From a virus (lineage: Duplodnaviria > Heunggongvirae > Uroviricota > Caudoviricetes), in IMG/VR virus record IMGVR_UViG_2541047812_000003: DNA of 37,695 nucleotides. The stretch is one strand, 5' to 3'. Both the position numbers and the translations under genes were made by a program. This document shows positions 26,081-36,016 of this stretch, piece after piece. The notes beneath the pieces were generated by a model, which saw nothing but the letters and a program-made list of their open reading frames with translations, ran no database searches and had not been told where the DNA came from. The first letter of the stretch is position 1, and every line of letters begins with the position of its first letter.

Positions 26081-26251
26081 ATGTTTGTGAAACCTGTTAA
26101 AGGGCGGTCAGTGCCTGACCCTGCCCGCGGTGACCTTTTGCCCGCCGAAGGGCGAAATGTTGACGAGAACAACTACTGGCTGCGCCGTGAAGCAGCGGGT
26201 GATATCCGGCGCGTGAATAAAAAGGTGAACACCGATGACGATAAGCTTTAA
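26081..26251 (+). CDS. small DUF2635-like protein (56 aa), not in the supplied ORF track
   Basis: ATG at 26081 gives MFVKPVKGRSVPDPARGDLLPAEGRNVDENNYWLRR..., resembling a small protein commonly found just upstream of Mu-like sheath genes (from memory); overlaps the sheath start by 17 nt. Confidence 0.5.
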   Translation: MFVKPVKGRSVPDPARGDLLPAEGRNVDENNYWLRREAAGDIRRVNKKVNTDDDKL

Positions 26252-27731
26252 CACCATTCCGTCGAATACGCTGGTTCCGATTTTTTATGCGGAAATGGAT
26301 AACTCGGCGGCGAATACTGCACAGGACAGCGGAGCATCGCTGCTGATTGGTCATGCCAATAACGGTGCAGAGATTGTTGCCAACAGTCTGGTGCTGATGC
26401 CATCGGCAGACTATGCACGCCAGATTTGTGGTGCGGGAAGTCAGCTGGCGCGTATGGTCGAGGCTTATCGCCAGACCGACCCGTTTGGTGAACTGTATGT
26501 GATTGCCGTTCCTGAATCCACGGGCGCGGCGGCAACAGTTACGCTGACGGTGACCGGCGCGGCAACCGAAACCGGCACGGTGAATGTTTATGTGGGACGT
26601 ACCCGCGTGCAGGCACCGGTGACCAACGGCGATAACGTCGCGACGATTGCCAGCAGTATCCAGGATGCCATCAATGCCGTTCCGACCCTGCCGTTTACTG
26701 CCTCATCTTCGGCAGGCGTGGTCACACTGACCGCGCGTCATAAGGGGCTTTGCGGGAATGAAATTCCTGTCAGCCTCAATTACTACGGCTTTGGTGGGGG
26801 CGAAGTGTTGCCAGCGGGCGTACAGATTGCCGTGGCGACGGGTACCGCCGGAACGGGCGCTCCTGTTCTCACCGGCGCGGTGGCTGCAATGGCGGATGAG
26901 CCGTTTGATTATATCGGCCTGCCGTTCAACGACACGGCCTCCGTTAACACGCTGGTGACCGAGATGAACGATACCAGCGGTCGCTGGAGCTATGCGCGTC
27001 AGCTGTATGGTCATGTGTATACGGCAAAGATCGGCACGCTGTCAGAACTGGTGACCGCAGGTGACCAGTTTAACCAGCAGCACATTACCCTGGCGGGGTA
27101 CGAAAAAGACACCCAGACGCCTGCCGACGAGCTGGCGGCAAGCCGTACCGCCCGCGCAGCGGTGTTTATCCGCAACGATCCGGCACGTCCCACGCAGACC
27201 GGTGAGCTGGTGGGTATGCTGCCTGCGCCGAAGGGAAAACGGTTCACGATGACCGAACAACAGACCCTGCTGTCTCATGGCGTGGCAACGGCGTATGTCG
27301 AAAGCGGGGTACTGCGCATTCAGCGTGATGTCACCACGTACAGGAAAAACGCTTACGGGGTTGCGGATAACAGCTACCTCGACAGCGAGACGCTGCATAC
27401 CAGCGCGTATGTACTGCGCAAACTGAAATCCGTCATTACCAGTAAGTACGGGCGTCACAAGCTTGCCAGTGACGGTACCCGCTTTGGTCCCGGTCAGGCG
27501 ATTGTCACCCCGGCGGTGATCAAAGGGGAACTGCTGGCAACCTACCGTCAGCTCGAGCGTGCGGGGATCGTGGAAAACTACGAACTGTTCAAGCAGTACC
27601 TGGTTGTGGAGCGTGATGCCAGCGATCCGAACCGCCTGAACACGCTGTTCCCGCCTGACTATGTTAACCAGTTGCGTGTCTTTGCCGTGGTTAACCAGTT
27701 CCGTCTTCAGTATTCAGAGGAGTCTGCATAA
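26235..27731 (+). CDS. contractile tail sheath protein (Mu gpL-like)
   Basis: 498 aa; size and position ahead of the tube gene; stop/start overlap with the tube gene (TAATG). Confidence 0.8.
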   Translation: MTISFNTIPSNTLVPIFYAEMDNSAANTAQDSGASLLIGHANNGAEIVANSLVLMPSADYARQICGAGSQLARMVEAYRQTDPFGELYVIAVPESTGAAATVTLTVTGAATETGTVNVYVGRTRVQAPVTNGDNVATIASSIQDAINAVPTLPFTASSSAGVVTLTARHKGLCGNEIPVSLNYYGFGGGEVLPAGVQIAVATGTAGTGAPVLTGAVAAMADEPFDYIGLPFNDTASVNTLVTEMNDTSGRWSYARQLYGHVYTAKIGTLSELVTAGDQFNQQHITLAGYEKDTQTPADELAASRTARAAVFIRNDPARPTQTGELVGMLPAPKGKRFTMTEQQTLLSHGVATAYVESGVLRIQRDVTTYRKNAYGVADNSYLDSETLHTSAYVLRKLKSVITSKYGRHKLASDGTRFGPGQAIVTPAVIKGELLATYRQLERAGIVENYELFKQYLVVERDASDPNRLNTLFPPDYVNQLRVFAVVNQFRLQYSEESA

Positions 27732-28087
27732 TGTCCCGTATCGGGGGAACCTGTTATTTCAAAATTGACGGTCAGCAGCTATCGCTGACCGGCGGCATTG
27801 AGGTGCCCATGAACAGGACGGTCAATGATGACATCATCGGCCTGGACGGCTCAGTGGACCGCAAGGAAACTCACCGTGCGCCTTATGTCAAAGGGACCTT
27901 CAAGGTGCCGAAGAATTTTCCGGTGAACAAAATCACCTCGTCTGATGAGATGACAATCACTGCCGAGCTGGCGAACGGTCAGGTCTATGTACTGTCGTCT
28001 GCCTGGCTGCACGGCGAAGCGAACCATAATGCCGAAGAAGGCACGGTTGATCTTGAGTTCCACGGTGAAGAAGGGGATTACCAGTAA
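27731..28087 (+). CDS. tail tube protein (Mu gpM-like)
   Basis: 118 aa, directly after the sheath gene and before the chaperone/tape-measure genes. Confidence 0.75.
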   Translation: MSRIGGTCYFKIDGQQLSLTGGIEVPMNRTVNDDIIGLDGSVDRKETHRAPYVKGTFKVPKNFPVNKITSSDEMTITAELANGQVYVLSSAWLHGEANHNAEEGTVDLEFHGEEGDYQ

Positions 28088-28356
28088 TGAAAGAGCTTGA
28101 GTTAAAGAAACCGATTACCGCTCATGGCGAGACACTCTCCGTACTGGAGTTTGATGAGCCCACCGGGAAAGATGTCCGCGAGCTGGGATATCCCTACCAG
28201 ATGAATCAGGATGAGTCCGTCAGACTTCTGGCGCATGTGGTATCGAAATACATCGTGCGGCTGGCGAAAGTGCCGCAAAGCTCTGTCGACCAGATGTCTC
28301 CGGCAGATCTGAATGCAGCGGCGTGGCTTGTGGCCGGTTTTTTCCTCCAGGCCTGA
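28087..28356 (+). CDS. tail assembly chaperone (short, in-frame form)
   Basis: 89-aa ORF immediately upstream of the tape measure gene; ends just after a T-TTT-TTC slippery heptamer. Confidence 0.65.
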   Translation: MKELELKKPITAHGETLSVLEFDEPTGKDVRELGYPYQMNQDESVRLLAHVVSKYIVRLAKVPQSSVDQMSPADLNAAAWLVAGFFLQA

Positions 28357-28505
28357 CGGCTGAATACCTCACTGATCGCTTCTTTGACTGCGCCAGTTAC
28401 TGGCGCATTAATCCTTTCGAATTGCTGAATATGCCGATCAGTGAAATTCCCTTACTGGTCAGTCAGGCAAACAGGATAGAGCAGGAGAAACGCACACATG
28501 GCTGA
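28338..28505 (+). other. -1 programmed frameshift site and extension ORF yielding the long chaperone form
   Basis: Slippery heptamer T TTT TTC at 28338-28344 in the 0 frame (codons GGT TTT TTC); the -1 frame continues ...RFFPPGLTAEYLTDRFFDCASYW... to a stop that overlaps the tape measure start (28498). Confidence 0.5.
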
Positions 28506-30330
28506 ATTTGAGCTTAAGGCGTTGATCACCGGTGTCGACAGGCTTTCTCCCGCGCTGTCGAAAATGCAAAAGAAAATCCGGGGATTTAAACGCCAGGCGG
28601 AAGAAGCGTCACAGGGTGGGCTGGCGCTTGGTGGCGGACTGGCAGCGGGTCTGACGCTTTCCCTGAAATCTTATGCCGATCAGGAAAACGCCGCCACCGG
28701 GCTGAAAGTCGCCATGATGGATGCGAACGGCGAGGTTGGAAAGAGCTTTCAGGACATCAATAAACTGGCTATTGGCCTGGGTAACCAGCTACCCGGTACA
28801 ACGGCTGATTTCCAGAACATGATGCAGATGCTGGTGCGTCAGGGGATCCCGGCAGAAAACATTCTGGGTGGTGTGGGTAAAGCGACAGCTTATCTTGCGG
28901 TACAACTGAAAAAAACACCGGAAGCGGCTGCTGAGTTTGCTGCAAAGATGCAGGATGCTACCGGAACGGCGTCAGAAGACATGATGGGGCTGTTCGACAC
29001 TATCCAGAAGGCGTTTTATCTGGGCGTTGACGATACCAACATGTTGTCCTTCTTCACTAAAACCAGTTCTGTTCTGAAGATGGTGAACAAGGATGGTCTT
29101 CAGGCTGCGCAGAGCCTTGCCCCCATCAGCGTCATGATGGATCAGATGGGGATGAACGGGGAGTCGGCAGGTAATGCCCTGCGAAAAGTTATCCAGTCCG
29201 GATTAAGCGTTAAGAAAATCAGGGACGTTAATAAAGTTATGGCCCGCCAGAAACTCGGGGTACAGCTCGATTTTACTGACGGCAAAGGAAGTTTTGGCGG
29301 TCTTGATAACATGTTCAGGCAACTGGCAAAGCTGCGAAAACTGACCGACGTTAAGCGAACAGGTGTACTTAAGGCAATATTTGGTGATGATGCCGAAACC
29401 CTTCAGGTGGTCAATGCACTAATCGATAAAGGAAAGGATGGCTACGATCAGATCCAGCAGAAGATGAATAAACAGGCCAGCCTGAATAAACGTGTTCAGG
29501 CACAGCTTGGTACGCTGTCCAACCTGTGGGAGGCAATGACAGGGACCGCAACTAACGGCCTTGCGGCTATTGGCGGCGCATTTTCTGGTGACGCTAAAAA
29601 TATCACGCAATGGCTGGGGGAGTTGGGGGAGAAATTCACGAAATTTGCGGATGAAAATCCCCGGGTTATTCGCGGCGTCGTCGGGCTTGCTGCCGGTCTT
29701 GCGATTCTGAAACTGGGATTGATGGGCGTGGGCAGTGCCATCAGTATTGTCAGCAGGATTATGTCGATGACGCCGATAGGCATGATTGCGACGGCGATTG
29801 CTCTGGCTGCGGGATTAATTATCACTAACTGGGATGTTGTCGGACCTTATTTTAAGAAGCTCTGGGAAACCATTGGTCCTTATTTTGAGGCTGGCTGGGA
29901 ACTTCTGAAGAAAGTTTTTGCCTGGTCGCCGCTGGGAATGGTGATCAATAACTGGGGACCGGTTGTTAAGTGGTTTCAGGATATGTGGGACAAGCTGAAG
30001 CCAATTATTGAGTGGTTTACCGACAGTTCCGGTGACACGGTCGATGCCATTAACTCTGCGCAGTGGGGCGCGGGTGCTTATGATGCTTATGGGACGGGAA
30101 TACCGGCGCGGGGATACACACCTTATCCGGCGGTGGATCCGGCTCAGTCAAACAACGCCTCCGATGCCACAGGCTCGAATCCCTTCATGATTAACAAAGC
30201 TTCTGTGCCAAAAGTTGATGGTGAGATCAAGGTATCTTTTGTGAATTCGCCTCCGGGTATGCGGGTTATGGAAACGCGATCCAGCGGTTTTGATGTCAGC
30301 CATGATGTTGGCTATACGCGGTTCAGGTAG
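28498..30330 (+). CDS. tail tape measure protein
   Basis: 610 aa; helical/Ala-Gly-rich with a hydrophobic segment near residue 400; follows the frameshifted chaperone pair. Confidence 0.85.
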   Translation: MAEFELKALITGVDRLSPALSKMQKKIRGFKRQAEEASQGGLALGGGLAAGLTLSLKSYADQENAATGLKVAMMDANGEVGKSFQDINKLAIGLGNQLPGTTADFQNMMQMLVRQGIPAENILGGVGKATAYLAVQLKKTPEAAAEFAAKMQDATGTASEDMMGLFDTIQKAFYLGVDDTNMLSFFTKTSSVLKMVNKDGLQAAQSLAPISVMMDQMGMNGESAGNALRKVIQSGLSVKKIRDVNKVMARQKLGVQLDFTDGKGSFGGLDNMFRQLAKLRKLTDVKRTGVLKAIFGDDAETLQVVNALIDKGKDGYDQIQQKMNKQASLNKRVQAQLGTLSNLWEAMTGTATNGLAAIGGAFSGDAKNITQWLGELGEKFTKFADENPRVIRGVVGLAAGLAILKLGLMGVGSAISIVSRIMSMTPIGMIATAIALAAGLIITNWDVVGPYFKKLWETIGPYFEAGWELLKKVFAWSPLGMVINNWGPVVKWFQDMWDKLKPIIEWFTDSSGDTVDAINSAQWGAGAYDAYGTGIPARGYTPYPAVDPAQSNNASDATGSNPFMINKASVPKVDGEIKVSFVNSPPGMRVMETRSSGFDVSHDVGYTRFR

Positions 30331-30411
30331 TGTACAAAATGATTAATGTGTTTTTGTCTGGCATAATTTGGGTTTTCAGCTTTAAGTAGTTAATATAATC
30401 ATTCCTTACAA

Positions 30412-30924
30412 ATGATTGAAGGGATGATTATGCGTATCTTTGTTTTTTTTATATCTGCACTTTTATCTTTTAACTTGGCTGCGGAAGAGTGTAAGTTCAG
30501 CTTTAATGAGTCAGAATTAATCTCTTCTATAGGTATTGCACCAGTTAAGCAAGAGATAATAAAGGATGAAGGAATAACTAAGCGGCAATATGAATTCAGA
30601 AGAGAATTATCTTCTGAAGAAATGCTTAGTGATGACGCTGATGAAAAATATGAGCCGCAGTTTTATATATCTGTTTATAATCCATTATGCCCACAAAAGG
30701 TTATTGTTTGGTTTTTCAAAGACAATAAAAACACAATGGATTTAAGTAATGAGGTCCTTGCTGGTAGAGCGTTCAAGTATTTAACTGGTGTTAATGAAAG
30801 TATTTTTGAAAATAAAATGAAAAAGTTTTTAAAGGTACAGTCATTTGAATCTTTTGATGAAAGGACAGATTCTAAATTTATAAAGAGTGGTGATATTTAT
30901 TCCATTGATGTTCAACTCAGATAG
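30412..30924 (+). CDS. hypothetical secreted protein (signal peptide), low-GC moron inside the tail module (likely start 30430)
   Basis: MRIFVFFISALLSFNLAAEE... is signal-peptide-like; strongly AT-rich gene with a TATAAT -10 element upstream (~30394-30399) and a terminator-like structure downstream; no family recognised. Confidence 0.55.
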   Translation: MIEGMIMRIFVFFISALLSFNLAAEECKFSFNESELISSIGIAPVKQEIIKDEGITKRQYEFRRELSSEEMLSDDADEKYEPQFYISVYNPLCPQKVIVWFFKDNKNTMDLSNEVLAGRAFKYLTGVNESIFENKMKKFLKVQSFESFDERTDSKFIKSGDIYSIDVQLR

Positions 30925-30943
30925 TAATTAAAAATATTAGGTT

Positions 30944-31000
30944 CCCGCCACATCTTCTGCGATGTAAATAATTGACAAAGCAGATTTGGCGGGTTTTTTT
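30944..31000 (+). terminator. candidate terminator after the moron gene
   Basis: CCCGCCA ... TGGCGGG inverted repeat (with an inner CATC...GATG hairpin) ending in TTTTTTT, 20 bp after the moron stop. Confidence 0.4.
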
Positions 31001-31015
31001 GTATCCGGAGTTTAT

Positions 31016-32344
31016 ATGACGTGGAAAGACAGGCTTCAGGATGCGTCATTTCGCGGCGTACCGTTTAAGGTTGAAGAAGAAAGTGCGGGAACCGGTCGCC
31101 GTGTGGAAACACACGAATATCCGAACCGCGACAAGCCCTATACCGAAGACCTGGGAAAAGTCACTTTCCGCCCGTCCATCACAGCTTATGTGGTGGGAGA
31201 TGACTGCTTTGACCAGCGCGATCGCCTGATTGAAGCGCTGAATAAACCCGGTCCCGGCACGCTTGTCCACCCGACATATGGTGAGCTGAAAGTCTGTGTT
31301 GACGGGGAAGTTCGGGTCAGCACATCGAAAAGTGAAGGGCGTATTGTCCGCTTTGACCTGAAGTTTGTCGAAGCAGGAGAACTCTCTTACCCCACATCAG
31401 GTGCGGCGACGGCGCAAACGCTGATGTCATCCTGTTCTGCACTGGATGACTGCATCAGTGATAGCTTCAGTGGTTTCAGTATCGATGGCGTGGCAGATTT
31501 TGTGCAGAACGACGTCGTCGGTAATGCCAGCACAATGCTTGGGTATGTTTCTGATGCGATGAAAGTGGTGGATTCTGCCGTATCGGATGCCGCCAGGCTG
31601 TTGCAGGGGGATATCTCGGTACTTCTGCCGCCGCCATCGTCAGGCAAAAATTTCGTTGAGCAGGTGCAGAAAATGTGGCGTACCGGGAAACGCCTTTATG
31701 GTAACGCCAGCGACCTGGTCACCATGATCAAAACGCTTTCCGGTGTCAGCCTCGGCAGCGATCTGCAACCGCGCGGCGTCTGGAAAACGGACAGTAAAAC
31801 CACCGCCACGGCGACGCAGCAGCGTAACGTGGTTGCCAGCACCCTTCGTACGACCGCAATCAGCGAAGCGGCGTATGCCGTCACCCGATTGCCTGCGCCA
31901 ACAACTTCCGCGGTGATGCAGAATTCCGCAGTGGGGCAGGCAACAACACCTGCGCAGAGCACTGGCTGGCCTTCCGTCACGCATCCGGCACTGAACAATG
32001 CACCGGCGGTGAAAAACACGGTTGACCTGCCGACGTGGGAAGAACTGACTGACATTCGCGACACACTGAATACGGCAATTGATAAGGAGTTGTCCCGTAC
32101 AACCAGTGATGCGCTGTTTCTGGCGCTGCGCCGGGTGAAAGCAGATCTGAATGCGGATATCAACACGCGCCTTGAACAGTCTGCACGGATCATTCAGCGC
32201 ACACCGGATGAGGTTTTACCCGCGCTGGTGCTGGCGGCGACCTGGTTTGATAACGCGGCGCGTGACGCGGACATTATCCGGCGTAATGCCATTACGCATC
32301 CCGGCTTTGTGCCGGTGATCCCTCTGAAGGTGCCAGTGCAATGA
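31016..32344 (+). CDS. DNA circulation protein (Mu gpN-like)
   Basis: Start at internal ATG (MTWKDRLQDASFRGVPF...) with GGAG Shine-Dalgarno, rather than the track TTG at 30986; N-terminal region typical of Mu gpN-type proteins. Confidence 0.75.
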   Translation: MTWKDRLQDASFRGVPFKVEEESAGTGRRVETHEYPNRDKPYTEDLGKVTFRPSITAYVVGDDCFDQRDRLIEALNKPGPGTLVHPTYGELKVCVDGEVRVSTSKSEGRIVRFDLKFVEAGELSYPTSGAATAQTLMSSCSALDDCISDSFSGFSIDGVADFVQNDVVGNASTMLGYVSDAMKVVDSAVSDAARLLQGDISVLLPPPSSGKNFVEQVQKMWRTGKRLYGNASDLVTMIKTLSGVSLGSDLQPRGVWKTDSKTTATATQQRNVVASTLRTTAISEAAYAVTRLPAPTTSAVMQNSAVGQATTPAQSTGWPSVTHPALNNAPAVKNTVDLPTWEELTDIRDTLNTAIDKELSRTTSDALFLALRRVKADLNADINTRLEQSARIIQRTPDEVLPALVLAATWFDNAARDADIIRRNAITHPGFVPVIPLKVPVQ

Positions 32345-33420
32345 ACGACAATGTCACGCTACGGGTAAATGGCCGGGAGTGGAATGGCTGGACATCGGTG
32401 CGCATCGGTGCCGGTATTGAACGGCTGGCGCGGGATTTCAGTGTGGAGATCACCCGCCAGTGGCCGGGAGATGAGGGTATTACCACGCTTCAGCCGCGCA
32501 TTAAAAACGGTTCAAAAGTGGAGGTGCTGATTGGTGATGAGCTGGTGATCACCGGCTGGGTGGAGGCGACGCCCGTTCGTTACGATGCCCGTTCGGTCAG
32601 CACCGGTATTGCCGGACGCAGTCTGACTGCTGACCTGATTGACTGTGCAGCCGAACCGACACAGTTTAACGGACGATCGCTGGTACAGATTGCGCAGGCG
32701 CTTGCTGCGCCTTTCGGCATTGAGGTGGTGAACAACGGTGCGCCGTCGGGTGTTATTCCTGATGTCCAGCCTGATCACGGTGAAACGGTGATTGAGGTAA
32801 TCAACAAAATACTCGGTCAGCAGCAGGCACTGGCTTACGACGACCCGCACGGCAGGCTGGTGATTGGCGGTATTGGCTCAACGCGGGCACATACTGCGCT
32901 GGTACTCGGGGAAAACATCCTTTCCTGCGATACGGAGAAGAGTATCCGGGAGCGGTTTTCTGTTTACCAGGTGGCGGGGCAGCGTGCCGGAAACGACGAT
33001 GATTTCGGTGAGGCCACCACCACCGCGCTGCGGGCCCGCACAGAGGACGCATTTATTGCCCGTTACCGTCCGATGTATATCAGGCAGACAGGGCAGGCTA
33101 CGGGGGCAGGCTGTATTGCCCGTGCGGACTTTGAAGCCCGACAACGGGCGGCGCGGACGGATGAAACCACCTATGTGGTGCAGGGCTGGCGACAGGGTAA
33201 CGGTACGCTGTGGCAGCCCAACCAGCGGGTGATTGTCTTTGATCCGGTCTGTGGTTTCGACAATACCGAACTGCTTGTTTCGGAAGTCACGTTTACTCAG
33301 GACCAGAACGGCACCCTGACGGAAATCCGTGTCGGCCCACCTGATGCTTATCTGCCTGAACCCGAAGCCCCCGGCGCGCGGAAAAAGAAAAAAGCCAGAG
33401 TACAGGAGGACCCGTTCTGA
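32341..33420 (+). CDS. baseplate/tail protein (Mu gpP-like)
   Basis: 359-aa ORF overlapping the upstream stop; position between the DNA circulation and baseplate V genes. Confidence 0.7.
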   Translation: MNDNVTLRVNGREWNGWTSVRIGAGIERLARDFSVEITRQWPGDEGITTLQPRIKNGSKVEVLIGDELVITGWVEATPVRYDARSVSTGIAGRSLTADLIDCAAEPTQFNGRSLVQIAQALAAPFGIEVVNNGAPSGVIPDVQPDHGETVIEVINKILGQQQALAYDDPHGRLVIGGIGSTRAHTALVLGENILSCDTEKSIRERFSVYQVAGQRAGNDDDFGEATTTALRARTEDAFIARYRPMYIRQTGQATGAGCIARADFEARQRAARTDETTYVVQGWRQGNGTLWQPNQRVIVFDPVCGFDNTELLVSEVTFTQDQNGTLTEIRVGPPDAYLPEPEAPGARKKKKARVQEDPF

Positions 33421-33968
33421 TGAGGACGATTGAAGCCATGCAGCGACAACTTCTCGGCCTGATTGGGCGGGCAGTGGTGAAAAGCATCAGTGCCGCCACG
33501 AAATGTCAGACCGTGGATGTGTCCCTGATTGCCGGTGAACCCAAAGCCGGGGTTGAACATCTTGAACCCTACGGTTTTACCGCAAGGGCAAACAGCGGTG
33601 CGGAAGCGGTGGTGTTGTTTCCGGATGGCGACCGTTCTCATGCGGTGGTTGTTACGGTGTCGGACCGGCGCTACCGCCTGAAAGGGCTGCAGACGGGTGA
33701 GGTGGCTGTCTATGACGATCAGGGGCAGTCTGTGACGCTGACCCGGGAGGGGATCGTGGTGGACGGTGCAGGTAAAACGATCACGTTTCGCAATGCGCCC
33801 AGAGCACGTTTTGAAATGGACCTGGAAGTGACCGGACAGGTGAAAGACCTGTGCGACTCCGGCGGTACCACCATGTCAGCGATGCGGCTTGCCTATAACG
33901 GGCATCGTCACAGAGAGAACGGTCAGGGCAGTAACACCGACAAACCTGATAAAGCGATGGAGGCATGA
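33420..33968 (+). CDS. baseplate assembly protein V (spike, Mu gp45-like)
   Basis: 182 aa; gpV-like N-terminal region (IAGEPKAGVEHLEPYGFTARANSGAEAVVLFPDGDRSHAVVV). Confidence 0.7.
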   Translation: MRTIEAMQRQLLGLIGRAVVKSISAATKCQTVDVSLIAGEPKAGVEHLEPYGFTARANSGAEAVVLFPDGDRSHAVVVTVSDRRYRLKGLQTGEVAVYDDQGQSVTLTREGIVVDGAGKTITFRNAPRARFEMDLEVTGQVKDLCDSGGTTMSAMRLAYNGHRHRENGQGSNTDKPDKAMEA

Positions 33969-34393
33969 TGGAACTGTGGCTGACGGTGAACGGTAAACGC
34001 ACCTGCGCCAGCGCACAGCTGGATCCGCTGACCCGCGCCGTGGTGATTTCCCTGTTTACCTGGCGGCGGGCGGAGCCTGATGACAACGCCGATGTCCCGA
34101 TGGGATGGTGGGGGGATACCTGGCCTGCGGTACAGAATGACCGTTACGGCTCCCGACTGTGGCTGCTTCAGCGCAGCAAACTGACCAATCAGCTGGTGCA
34201 GACGGTAAGGGGGTATATCCGCGAATGCCTGCAATGGATGATTGATGACGGCGTGGTGTCCCGTATTGATCTGGATATCCGCCGCACCGGGATTAATGAA
34301 CTGGGTAACAGTATCACTCTCTGGCGTCGTGACGGACCGGTAATGATTTCTTTTGATGATCTGTGGAGTGCGATAACGCATGGCGGACAGTGA
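33965..34393 (+). CDS. baseplate protein (Mu gp46-like / gpW-type)
   Basis: 142 aa; GGAGG Shine-Dalgarno; conserved position between the V and J baseplate genes. Confidence 0.65.
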   Translation: MMELWLTVNGKRTCASAQLDPLTRAVVISLFTWRRAEPDDNADVPMGWWGDTWPAVQNDRYGSRLWLLQRSKLTNQLVQTVRGYIRECLQWMIDDGVVSRIDLDIRRTGINELGNSITLWRRDGPVMISFDDLWSAITHGGQ

Positions 34394-35438
34394 ATTTCAG
34401 CGCCCGACGCTGGCAGAAAATATCAGTATGCTCCGTAACGATTTATTCGCCAGGCTGGACGTCAGCGACATGCTCCGGCGCATGGATGAAGACGTGCGGG
34501 CAAAGGTGTATGCGGCGGCGCTGCATACGGTTTACGGGTACATCGATTATCTGGCAATGAACATGCTGCCTGACCTGTGCGATGAGTCCTGGCTGGCGCG
34601 ACATGCTGCGATGAAACGGTGTCCGCGCAAGGGGGCCACGGCTGCCAGCGGGTATATGCGCTGGGAAGGTGTCAGCGATGGCCTGAAGGTGACCGCCGGA
34701 AGTGTTATTCAGCGCGATGACCTGGTTCAGTACACGGCAACTGCCGATGCAACCAGCACCGGTGGTGTCCTGCGCGTGCCGATCGCCTGCTCAAGTGCAG
34801 GCGCGGTCGGTAACGCTGACGACGGTACGTCATTAATCCTGGTCACGCCGGTTAATGGTCTGCCGTCTTCCGGCGAGGCAGATACCCTGACAGGTGGATT
34901 TGATACTGAAGAGCTGGAAACGTGGCGCGCCCGCGTTATTGAGCGGTATTACTGGACGCCTCAGGGCGGGGCTGACGGGGACTATGTCGTCTGGGCTAAA
35001 GAAGTGCCCGGCATTACCCGCGCATGGACATACCGACACTGGATGGGAACGGGGACTGTCGGTGTGATGATTGCCAGCAGTGACCTGATTAACCCCATTC
35101 CGGAAGAATCAACGGAAACGGCGGCAAGACAACATATCGGGCCACTGGCCCCGGTGGCAGGCTCTGATTTGTATGTATTCAGGCCGGTGGCGCACAAAGT
35201 GGATTTTCATATCCGCGTGACGCCGGACACACCGGAAATACGGGCTGCCATCACCGCGGAGTTGCGTTCATTCCTGCTGCGTGATGGTTATCCGCAGGGA
35301 GAACTGAAGGTATCGCGTATCAGTGAGGCGATTTCCGGTGCGAACGGGGAATACAGCCATCAGTTGCTTGCACCGGCGGACAATATCCCCATTGCGAAAA
35401 ATGAACTGGCGGTACTGGGGACGATTTCATGGACGTGA
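34380..35438 (+). CDS. baseplate J-like protein (Mu gp47-like)
   Basis: 352 aa; baseplate-J-like N-terminal region ([48 protein letters not shown]). Confidence 0.8.
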   Translation: MADSEFQRPTLAENISMLRNDLFARLDVSDMLRRMDEDVRAKVYAAALHTVYGYIDYLAMNMLPDLCDESWLARHAAMKRCPRKGATAASGYMRWEGVSDGLKVTAGSVIQRDDLVQYTATADATSTGGVLRVPIACSSAGAVGNADDGTSLILVTPVNGLPSSGEADTLTGGFDTEELETWRARVIERYYWTPQGGADGDYVVWAKEVPGITRAWTYRHWMGTGTVGVMIASSDLINPIPEESTETAARQHIGPLAPVAGSDLYVFRPVAHKVDFHIRVTPDTPEIRAAITAELRSFLLRDGYPQGELKVSRISEAISGANGEYSHQLLAPADNIPIAKNELAVLGTISWT

Positions 35439-36013
35439 CAAACGATGATTATATCCGCCTGTTGTCGGCACTGTTGCCCCCCGGTCCGGCGTGGTCAGCC
35501 AGCGATCCGGCGATTGCCGGTGCGGCACCGTCATTAACCCGTGTTCATCAGCGTGCGGATGCCCTGATGCGGGAGCTGGATCCGCGCACCACCACTGAAC
35601 TGATAAACCGCTGGGAGCGTCTGTGCGGTCTGCCGGATGAATGTATTCCCGCAGGGACACAGACCCTTCGCCAGCGTCAGCAACGGCTGGATGCGAAGGT
35701 TAACCTGTCGGGTGGCATCAACGAGGATTTTTATCTTGCACAGCTTGCTGCCCTGGGCAGACCAGATGCTACCATCACGCGATACGACAAAAGCACGTTC
35801 ACCTGCTCATCGGCCTGTACTGACGCGGTGAATGCGCCGGAATGGCGGTATTACTGGCAGATCAACATGCCAGCCGCCACCAACACCACCTGGATGACAT
35901 GTGGCGATCCCTGTGATTCCGCACTGCGTATCTGGGGCGACACCGTTGTCGAATGTGTGCTTAACAAACTCTGCCCGTCGCATACCTACGTAATTTTTAA
36001 ATATCCGGAGTAA
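35429..36013 (+). CDS. tail protein (DUF2313 / YmfQ-like, Mu gp48-like)
   Basis: 194 aa; N-terminus [19 protein letters not shown] typical of this family (from memory); directly precedes the tail fiber gene. Confidence 0.7.
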   Translation: MDVTNDDYIRLLSALLPPGPAWSASDPAIAGAAPSLTRVHQRADALMRELDPRTTTELINRWERLCGLPDECIPAGTQTLRQRQQRLDAKVNLSGGINEDFYLAQLAALGRPDATITRYDKSTFTCSSACTDAVNAPEWRYYWQINMPAATNTTWMTCGDPCDSALRIWGDTVVECVLNKLCPSHTYVIFKYPE

Positions 36014-36016
36014 TCC

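Noticed and set aside
30986-31015. Track start codons at upstream TTG/GTG for several genes (for example 30986, 18535, 4070, 12321, 10939)
   Set aside because: Internal ATG codons with well-placed Shine-Dalgarno sequences and stop/start coupling give more plausible starts; the upstream extensions mostly overlap neighbouring genes or terminators.
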